Part shown: positions 8,878 to 19,500 of the stretch, piece after piece
How positions within the stretch are numbered: position 1 is the first letter of the stretch
Layout: every line of letters begins with the position of its first letter
IMG/VR virus record: IMGVR_UViG_3300020310_000010
Coordinates: 1 to 26,152 of that record
Reading direction: 5' to 3' (one strand)
DNA from: a virus
Lineage: Duplodnaviria > Caudoviricetes
Length of the DNA: 26,152 nucleotides
Program-made: the position numbers and the translations under genes
Notes under the pieces: generated by a model
Told to the model about the DNA's origin: nothing
Seen by the model: the letters and a program-made list of their open reading frames with translations, nothing else
Database searches by the model: none

Positions 8878-10485
8878 TTAAAATTCCAGGATGATTTTGA
8901 TGTCTTCTTTTTGCCTACTGTCTCTAGTGACTTCCTTTCGATTGTCAATATAGATGACATCGCCAGTTGTTTTATTTATCTCAGGATTAGCAAGACCACT
9001 TGCAAAATATACCCCAAGATCTATTTCTTTATCACCATCAGTTACTGTTCTTCCAGTAAATGCTATAGAAATATTAGTATCACTAGGGGTAGATCCTTCA
9101 AACGCAATACTAGATGTAGTAGATTCAAATCCTAATACTTTAGATTCGCTACTAACACCAATATAATCTATTTGATTATTATGGTTAATATTATTTTGAT
9201 AATATAATGATCTATCTTGATAATACTTTAAAACACCAGTTTGTTTATCATAAGAAGAAACATATGCTTTAGCATTACCAGTAGTTTGGACTTGTGTTAT
9301 TTTACTTCCTATAACAAGATCTGTACTATCAAATGTACTTGGATCTAGTTTAAGTGCACCTACAGAGGAGTACTGACTACCAGTAAATATGGTATTATTA
9401 TTGGTATATGTTGTTGGATTCTTTACAATTCCAACCTGAGCAAATTTTGTATCAGTTGGAAAATCTTTAGTAGAGTCATCAAATCTTGCATAAACTAAAA
9501 CTCTATCAGCACCCAATTCTTTATAGATGTCATAACCATGACCTCTAGAAGGAGGTATAATAGGTATCAATTTAGCAGGACTTGGAGAACCACTAGTAGG
9601 AAATTCTGAAGGTTGGAGAGGTCCTAAATCAACCATACCATAACTATATCCACTTCCACCTGCCGTAACTACTGCAGAGGTAACGACACCACCTACAGTG
9701 GTAATAGAAACCTTTCCTCCACTACCATCACCTAATATGGGTAATGTTTTAGTGTCGTTTAAGTAACCAGAACCACCATTCTCAATATAAACAGTTTTAA
9801 GTTGATTTTGGTTTATATCCGAATCAGCAGATTCTCTAACATTTTGAATTTGAGAATCTGTTGAAGTTGCCCAATCATTAGGAACAACAATATATTCAGT
9901 AGAATCAAATTTTACAATATCACTAGGTGATATAGAAAATAAGAATTTCCAAATAAAACCATCATTGCTAGTTCCAGCAGCAGAAGGTTCTAAATCTGTA
10001 AAAGTTGGTTCATCTTTAGATTTATTACCTTTAGCAGATGTGGAACCAGGAGCTCCTGAACTACCATTCTCTATACAAATATAGACATTATAATCACTAT
10101 TAACTACAAAATAATTTGCATCATACAATCTTCCAGTTTGGGAATTGGGTGCTTTATTGCTGATACTATAATCATGTCTATACATATCATAATAAGTATT
10201 TTCAGTCCATTCAACTTTTCTTACAACTCTTCTTATATTATTGCTAACAATTCTTTTCCCAAAAAGAGAGGTATCTCCATATTGAGATTCGTACTGAAAA
10301 TTATCAGTTGGGTTAGGAGGGCCAGATGCAGAATTCCAAGTAGTTGTTCTACCAAATCCAGGATTAGGAGTTGTAGGATTACTGAGTCCTAGAAATACAT
10401 AATAAGAATTATTAGTATCTAGTACTGAATCTACAAAATTACCTGCATTAAATATTCGGAATTGATCTGTTACGACAGCAGACAT
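8878..10485 (-). CDS. gp8: Baseplate wedge subunit gp8
   Basis: 535 aa. Motifs MSAVVTDQFRI.NA.NF, RRVVRK..W...YDMYRHDYS, YFVVNSDYNVY.CI.N, DGFIWKFLF, IIPP.RGHG and GDVIYIDNR...R...QKEDIKIILEF match cyanophage gp8. It follows gp7. Confidence 0.92.
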   Translation of the reverse strand: MSAVVTDQFRIFNAGNFVDSVLDTNNSYYVFLGLSNPTTPNPGFGRTTTWNSASGPPNPTDNFQYESQYGDTSLFGKRIVSNNIRRVVRKVEWTENTYYDMYRHDYSISNKAPNSQTGRLYDANYFVVNSDYNVYICIENGSSGAPGSTSAKGNKSKDEPTFTDLEPSAAGTSNDGFIWKFLFSISPSDIVKFDSTEYIVVPNDWATSTDSQIQNVRESADSDINQNQLKTVYIENGGSGYLNDTKTLPILGDGSGGKVSITTVGGVVTSAVVTAGGSGYSYGMVDLGPLQPSEFPTSGSPSPAKLIPIIPPSRGHGYDIYKELGADRVLVYARFDDSTKDFPTDTKFAQVGIVKNPTTYTNNNTIFTGSQYSSVGALKLDPSTFDSTDLVIGSKITQVQTTGNAKAYVSSYDKQTGVLKYYQDRSLYYQNNINHNNQIDYIGVSSESKVLGFESTTSSIAFEGSTPSDTNISIAFTGRTVTDGDKEIDLGVYFASGLANPEINKTTGDVIYIDNRKEVTRDSRQKEDIKIILEF

Positions 10486-10502
10486 ATTAATAGTTTTTTA
10501 GA

Positions 10503-10510
10503 TATTTATA
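10503..10510 (-). promoter_or_regulatory. T4-type late promoter (gp55 sigma) TATAAATA upstream of gp8
   Basis: Perfect TATAAATA on the minus strand (tatttata on +) in the 40-nt gp7/gp8 intergenic gap, 17 nt before the gp8 ATG. Confidence 0.85.
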
Positions 10511-10525
10511 AGAGTTTATAAAGAA

Positions 10526-13500
10526 TTAATTTGGTTCAATTCCACCAGTGTCTCTAATTCCCTCAGTTCTTCTTTGTAATGTTGGGAAAGTGGTCAATCC
10601 AGAATTAACAGTATAGTTACTAACTGCAAACCCGACTGGTGAATTTCTGGTTAAAGTTCCAGCCAATCTGCCCCATGATATTCCTCCTATTGGTACAGTT
10701 CCACTTGATGCTATTCCAACATGATTACCGAAATACTCAACGTTACATGTTATAAGTCCAACAGCAGTTGGTGAATTGGCAACTCCTGTAAAGGATATCT
10801 CAGCAACACGATAAATGTTATCTAAGAAAGTTGTTCCCACTCCAACTATACCATTACCAGATTCATAAACAGAACTTACTCCAGATCCAACTTGTGTATC
10901 AAATACAGAAATAGGATATCCTACACTTAAATCAGTCCATGCACCCGTAGCAATACCAGTTACATGGAATTTGATAGCAGTAATTGTACCAACACCTGCT
11001 GCTGTTCCAATACCAGTAACAATTCCAGAGAATCCCTTAACAGAAGTAATATTAGTAATTAATTCAGATTTATATGAAGGAAGAGCAGCAATTACTTGAG
11101 GTGGATTTGTAGTTGTATAACCCAATCCAATTCCTGTAATTGTTGGAGTTCCTGTAAGAACTCCATTAGTTACAGTAACAGTTGCTGTTGCAGTTGATCC
11201 TATACCAACTGAACCATCTGGTTTAATGAAAGTGCCCACACCAACTGGTGGTGCAGTAATAGAAACTGAAGTTGTTGCCCCAACATAACCAGATCCACCA
11301 CTAACAATAGTGAGTGCTGAAATAGTTCCAGCAGCAGATACTGTAGCCGTCAATGCAGCAGCAACGGGACTGGTGTTATCTACAATGAATCCACCAAGAG
11401 GAGATGCAGTAGTATCTGGTAAATCATACGCAAATAAATCTGCATTATCAAGATATACTTCATTATCAGTTGCTGAGAAATTACCAATAATCTTTGCAGT
11501 TGGGAATATTAATGATTCTAAAGCATCTCTAGATTTATAGAATACTTGACCATTAATAACCCTATCAATTTTCTGTTTAGTCCAACTTAATGATTTTGGT
11601 CTAGTATCACTGATTCCATCTCCAGTATACAAATTAGTTTCAATTACATCTGATCTAGTCAAATCTGCAATAAATCTAGAAGTTTGATTAACTTCTGTAG
11701 GTGGATTTTGTTCGATGATTTTTCTCATCTGAACACTGTCACCTTCTTTAATCGAAGGGATAATATTAGTTACTAATGCTGTATCAACAGATGAACTTCC
11801 ACGATAGAAGAATATTGCAACATCATCTACTGTCTTAGGAGCTTCTGTAAATATAAAAGATGTACCACCCTCAAACTCATAGGCAACTCCTGGTTCCTGA
11901 ATAATTCCATTAACAATAATGAATAATGCATTGGCAAGATTCATATATGGGAAATCAGGATCAGTTGGTAATTCAAAACTTAAAAGATCTCCATCATATT
12001 TTAAATCAAACCTTCTCTTACTTCCATCCTGTAAAGGTTTAATACTATCAATATAGTCAAATTGTCCAAATTGCCATGCTGCAAATGGATCATTATAAAC
12101 GTCCAATACAGTAAATTGACATTCCTCTATAGGACTGGAGAGACTAGCATCTGTGACTAATCCTACAGGAGCAAATACATCACCACGTTGGAAAGCATAT
12201 CCATTTCTTGCTATTTCCCAATTATTCACGGCAAACTGTGTAGATCCTATACCAACAGTAGAAGCTGCGGATACTTGTAAATCTAAAAGCAATCCAACTC
12301 CAGTATCTGTGGTAGTTCCACCTGGAACTGATAATCTGGATATTCCAGTAACTCCTAAACCAGCATATGATGGTTCAGGGATGTTAATAATTGGATTCTG
12401 GTAATTGGTACCACCAGCACCAATAGCAAAGGTTAGAGTTCCACCAATACCTATCGTGGCTGTAACCGAACCACCTGAACCAGCATTCTCACCAACGTAT
12501 ACGGTAAATGTATTTGTATCATAAGCAGTTATAGCGGTTGCTATTCCTGAGATGCGATCACTTGCTCTTGGATAGGTGTGCTCAGTTGCATAGTTATCTT
12601 TAGAACATGTAAGAGTAATCTTATCATTAGCAAATGTTACAGTATCACTAGTGGTTTTTCCATGATTAGGTAAAGATACCACCAGATATCCAGTTGCTGG
12701 ATTATAATCAATATAAGAAGGTGCAGTGGTATAACCTACTATAGTACCTGATGCAGCACTTACAAACTTATGTGTAAATGGCATATCTGTGACTCCAATA
12801 GAAACCGTATCACCATAATAACCAGATCCAAGATTAGCATCTCCATACCAAGGCATTACACTACCACCACCAACAAAAGTATGAGGTATTGAGTTAATTC
12901 CTACGTCAGTTGTAAATTTATTTGTAGCACCAACACTTACGATTGTATAATCAAAACTTGTGCTGCCCAATCCTACGGCGGCATATGGGAAGATATTACT
13001 TGTTGTTCCTGAATATCCACTTTTAACAATAACAGCATCACTAATAACTTGTGAAACAAATGTATGAATTCCTGCTGTAGGGTCAACTGCAGTTCCTACA
13101 CCAATAGTAACTGTGCTATTAGTAGTTGCAGTAATAGGAGTAGATATTCCAGCAATAGGATCACCCACACGTGGATAATCATGATTAGTAGCATGATTAT
13201 CCTTAGCACAAGTAAATCTTAAAGAACTAGTTTTTATTTGAATGTTTTGACCTACTGCTAGATAATGATCACCAACTGTCAATACCAAGTCACCTGTGGT
13301 TTGATTGTAATAAGCATCATATACATTAAATGATCCACTGCAAGTAAATTCTAATCCTGCAAGTTTTACTTGATCTACAATTCCAACCTCAAAATTATGT
13401 GCATTTTCAGTAGTAATCTCTAAAGATCCAGTTTCATTATTATAGGATGCAGTTGTGATAGAATTACTAGGGCCTGTTGCAGCAGCACTGACAAGACTTG

Positions 13501-16500
13501 TAATGGTACCATTAGCATCAAGTTGTGGATAAACTTGTGCTGGCACTAAAGGAGCATATCCTCTACCTGGTGTGGATCCTAAAGATATTATTACTCCACC
13601 TCTTGGTAACTGATTTTGATTAATATCATTTTCATTAATGCTTATTGGATCCCCAACATTGGCAGAAATACCAGTAAACATTATACTAGTGGTACCTGCA
13701 CCTATAGTAGGATCTAATATTTCATAGTTATTTTGTGGGTTATTTGCTGCTGTTGGTCTTTGGTATATTCCATTAATTAATGCTATACCATTACCACCAA
13801 TAGTTCCCATACCAACTGAAGTGGCACCATTAACCTTTAAATCAAAGTTTGTAGCAATTCCACTAAACTGACTAGAAACATCATCATATACTTGGTTAGT
13901 GGTATAATCACTTCTTAAGAAAACCCTTCCATTAAAGTCAGAAGTTGGCCATTCCAAATTATTAATATTTTTAGTTACTTGGGGATTTCCTCTTGGAGGT
14001 TCTGTAAACCAAATATCTTTACCAAGAATTCTATATGAACCTTTATAAAGTTGAGCAGTTGTTGTATTGGTATGTGCAGTTGCTGCTGATCCAACAAAAC
14101 CTCTCTCAACCTGAACTAGAGTAGTTGATCCTATTCCAACTGTGATAGGTCCACTAGTTTCCGTTCCTATTCCAATATCAAGAACTTTCATATATTCATC
14201 ATCAATTTTTAATATATCACTAGGAGCTAATGATGATATTCCACTAAGAGAGAATATAGTCGCAGTAGCTCCTATACCAGCACTACCCAATACTGATTCT
14301 GGGTTATTTTGTAAGGTATGACTAACAGGAGAAAATGCTAATGGTGCCTGAATTACATCATTAATCGACAATACTGCTTTTGTATCAGCCTTTGCCATAG
14401 CAAATTCGTGAGCATTTCCAGTACCAACCCCAACAAACGTAACAGCTGCTCCTTCTCTTGTCGTTGATATGTAGAAACTGTTAGCATCGTTTCTAATAGC
14501 AAACACTGAAGATGGAAGTTGATGGTGATATGCACCACTCTGATATTGCATTGCAGTGCTTCCAACACCAACAAATGATACTCCAGGTGTGTATATTAAC
14601 TCTTCATTTGTTCTGAATAAATGTTTGTCAATACTAAAGAGTCCTGTAGCAAGATTAACGACACTAGAATTAGGATCAAAGGTTTTTGCAAAAATTGGTG
14701 TTCCATCATTCTTTAATGTGAAATTCTTTCTATCAATTCTTAATCCGTTAATAGCATTAAAGTAGTGTGCATTGATAGACTCATTTGCTTTACCATATTC
14801 AAAGTCATTAATCAGAGGGATATTATCAGTGTCAATATCAGTATACACACCTAAAGTAAGAGCATCTACCTGAATACTATTTGATGCATATCCATTTTCT
14901 GGTGTAAATGATAATGCAAAAGTACCACCACTTAATACTCCAGTAAAGACTCCAATAGGATTAACTGTTCCTATTCCAGCATTAGACAAGAATGGACCAG
15001 TTTGTACAAAAGTATTGGTAGTATCATGGTTAAATTTAACTTCAGATACAATTCTTGTAGATCCGACACTAACCTGAACTATAGATTTAGCAGCATTAAA
15101 CAAATTCGAATCAAATTCAACAATACTTGTTGTTCCTACTCCAACTGCATAATTAGATTGATAAAGTGCACTTCTTTCAGAAGTTTCTGCCTGACCAGTT
15201 GCAAGGAATCTATATGTTCCAATTCCAACAGAAGTTTTACCAAATCCAACAATATTAGAACTAATTTTAATCTCATCAGTTAAATCATTCTCATATTGTA
15301 AAGAGAATACAGATCCATCAAGTTCTCCACTAAAGGATCCCATTAACGTACCCGAATATCCATCTATAGGATTATGAGTATCTAAGAAATATTCAGAAGT
15401 ATAAGTATCTGTTCCATCATGAGTAACATATATTTCCACATAATTCATTTCATTCGTTGTTTTATTCACCAAATGATTCTGAACATGGAAAGAATCAAAC
15501 TTAGTAGAATCCACTGATATAATTGATGTAGTGGTGACACCAGAAGTGGCTGTTGTAGCAACACCCACAAATCCAGTTTTATTAACAAATCCTATTGGGA
15601 AAGTTCCAATACCTGTAGAAGAATCAAAAGTTTTCTTAATTTCTTTTAAATCATAATCATAATCGTATGCATTTGGATTTGGTGTGAATCTAAGAACACT
15701 CATACCTATTAAATTTGTTTCAATACTGAAAACTCCAATATTATAATCATCTTCTAAATTGGATTTTTCCAATAAAACCTTAGATGTTCCATTGTCCAAT
15801 ACAACTAAATCTGTAGTCTGAATATCAGTACCACTTAAATTAGTAATTCTATAGAAAAGATTTTGATAAGGAATACTAGTGTTTAACTCAATAAGATCTA
15901 AGTATTCACTTGGTTCACCCTCAAGATTGGAGAATTGCTGATTAATATTATCAATCTTAAGAACTTCATTACTCTTAGCAAGAGAATAATCAGATAAAGG
16001 TTTATTCTCAAGTTTTATAAATCTAGATTGAGTGGCAGTATTTCCATAGTCATATGCCTCATCATAATCATTAATAGTCCAAACTGTAGTATCTTCTACA
16101 AGATCTTGTATTATAAGTGAGAAATCAGTACTAGATGTTCCAACCCTCCAAGACCCCTCTGTAGATATTCCACCAGTGGATCTTGTTGTAGAACCTATTC
16201 CAACATCGGCAAAATTCTTAAGTCCACTAGTATGAAGTAATGCACTTACTGGACTTCTTAATTCATCAAATCCTTTTGTACTTTTAACAGTATATGAAAG
16301 ATTTTGATAATAATCATTATCTGCTGTTACCTGAGTATCTAAATCAAGTTTTCCAATATCATCAGACCATCCAATATTCTTCTTAACTGAGAATTTAACA
16401 GAATATTTTCCTAAGTTCTCTTGGATACTGGAAATAGTAGCTATTGATCCTGAAGTTTGTCCAGTGACAATATCACCAACCTTTAGATCATAATCACCAA

Positions 16501-19500
16501 ATACTTTAATAAAATCATTTTCAGAATGAGTAATTACTAATCCTATTAAAACATTATCGATCATCAATTCTTCACCAATAATAAATTGATTAGATTCATC
16601 AACTGTAGTGAATGATGGATAATTATTTCGATTAATAATCATTGCAAATGAACCTTGATCAGTTGCTGCTATTCCAGTATTAGTGGATACACCAATTGTC
16701 TCAAGATCTATTGTAACTACATCCTTTAAACCAGTAGTATAATTAATAACTTTACCAAATTTGTATCCATAATCAGAACTATTAAATCCAGATCCAGCAG
16801 TACCAACACGAGTAACTCCTTCTATAAAGACTTCATCATTAGTCAAAAATGGTAAAGGTGAAAATCCTGATGAAGGGGTGTCTATGTAACATGTAAATAT
16901 TCCAGTTGAGTTAGAAACAATCTCTGAAATACCAACTCCATTATCATTATTGATGGTGAATAATGTAACTGATTCATCAGGAAGACCATTTGGAGCACTT
17001 ACAATCTCAACACTAGAAATAGATGATCCCGTTATAGTTGGTAGAAGAATACCCCCATCAAGTTTTTCCCTTGTTGCAGAATCTACAATAACAATATTTG
17101 GAGCATCTGTAAATCCAGATCCACCACTAGTAACACTAACAATACCTATAGTATTAGAATTTTTAATAGAAATAAGCGGAGATATTAATGCAGTTGGTTC
17201 CAAAGTACTATCTGCAGAATACTCAAATCCTTCATTAATAATTCTTACTTGCTTAATATTACCAATAGTTTTTGATTTTGCAATAACATAACCACCAGTT
17301 CCTTCTGTAGAAGATGATCCGACAAAATTAGGCAATTTTTTATAATTAACTCCACCAGAAACAATAGAAGCAGCATGAATACCACCTGTCTCATTTAAAG
17401 ACTTAGTAGTATATGAAATAGAATCACACTCAGTATCAGAATATGATAATTTTTCTGGAACTTGATTTAAAGTGAAGTCAAATGAGGTAGTAGCCACTCC
17501 AACAACATTATATGAATTGTTAAAGAGACTATCTACAAATATTATTTCAGAATAATTAGAAACTTCAGTGTCTGCTGTACTAATAAATCCAGATCTTTCG
17601 AGAGAGTAGTACAACTTAGATGGATAAGATGAATCATGATTAAGTGTAGTTGTAGTTCCACTACTGACTATACTGAATGTATTTGTAGTAGATCCTGTAG
17701 ATACAAAATTATTCTTAAATTCATTATCATAGTAGAATTTTAAATTATAATTTGATAAAGAGGAGTCGGATAAATCAAATACTAAGTTATTATTTTTAAC
17801 AACCTCAAGTTGAGGATTAATTTGATAGAACTTACTGGTTCCAACACCAGCTGCTGTAATATCAACAACTTTTGGTGGGTTAGATAAACAATCTACAGAT
17901 GTTTCTGATAATTGAATGAAATTCTCATTAACAACGTATGTAAAGTATGAACTATTAGTAGTTAATCCAGTAGGGAATGTACCATCAGCAATTGTATAGA
18001 ATATCTTATCACCTCTCTTAAATCCATGATTATCAATTCTAATAGTGTCGGCAGCAACGTCTATATTTGTGTAAGATGTCTCAACTGGATCAATCAACAT
18101 ATAACCCGTTTCAGAGTCTCTTATGACCCTTACAGCAGTAGATGCACCAATTCCAACTGATAGGTCTGGTTTAACATCCAACTTAATTTGGTCTCCAAAT
18201 TTTAAATTAGATGTGGCAACTGTAGATATTGCAACTGTTCCTGTTATTTTCTGAAATTCTCCAGTTATTTGTGGGAAATTAGTTTTGAAGTTATACTTAG
18301 AATCAAAATCAGCACCACCAGCAGTAAAGTATAGGTCTTTAAAATCACCACTAGTTGTACCAATACCTGTTTTTAGAGCAATGGTATTTGGAGTGACATC
18401 AGCAACATAAACCGTTGATGGTAAGTTGAATGTGGTTGCTCCATTATTATCTGATACTACAATATCAGCAGCTACACTTGTTGTTATTCCACCAATTTTA
18501 TCAAATGTTAATTCCTGATCAACTTTGAATGGATGATTCTCAAGATAAATTCTTTGAGTCGGTATATTTCTTGTAATTATTTCGTTGCCAAAAGTGAAGG
18601 AAGTTTTATGTGTGACTCCTGATGTTGTACCAAATCCAACTGATTGTGTTGGATTAAAGTAAACTATATCATTTACTTCAGATTCGAAAAAATCTGTTGT
18701 TTTCTCAATAGTAAAAGAATCTGGAGCATAGGTTATAGGTGAAGTTATACTATGAGCAAGTCCTGTTGATCTTACAACTCTTAATGCTTTAAGATTTCTA
18801 TAGATATTAAGAATTGTTAGTTCTTCAGTATTTGTTCCACCAATTTCAGCCTTGCTCCCTATTGAAAGATAATTTGGTATTGAACTAACATATATTTCTG
18901 TTGTTACTCCCGATGCTGCTGGTATTACATCTGAAATTAGTGATGCAGATTGAGAAGAAATTCCAATTTGATAGTTTCCATCTAGTTGAGTTAGTGCTGG
19001 AACACTAGAAGAAATACCAGATGAAGTAGAAACACCAGAAATTATAATATTATCATTGTTTATCCAATTATGATATGCATTAATTCTTTCTGTACTAATA
19101 AATCCCTTAGAGATTCCCTGAGCCGTAGCCATAGAAGTAACATTAACTTTTAATGTATTACTATTCACCCAACTGAATACTCCTTCATACGTAGATGTTG
19201 TGACACTTACACCAATAACATCCTTACCTTTTAATGATGAAACCTTAGCAACTACTCCAGAACCACCACCAATATTGTCAAAATCAATAGAATCATTAAT
19301 TTTATAATTTTCTCCTGCTGAACTAACCAATAATTGGTCAACTGAACCATCAGTAACTGATTCTATTTCTATTTTTTGATCTTCGAGTTCATTTGTTTCG
19401 ATAATAAAGTCATTATCAGCATTTTTATCAGCAACTCTGTAAGGAAATGTGTTTCTTTTTAGATCTGATCCCTTAAAATCAAAACTTTGGTCGATATTTT

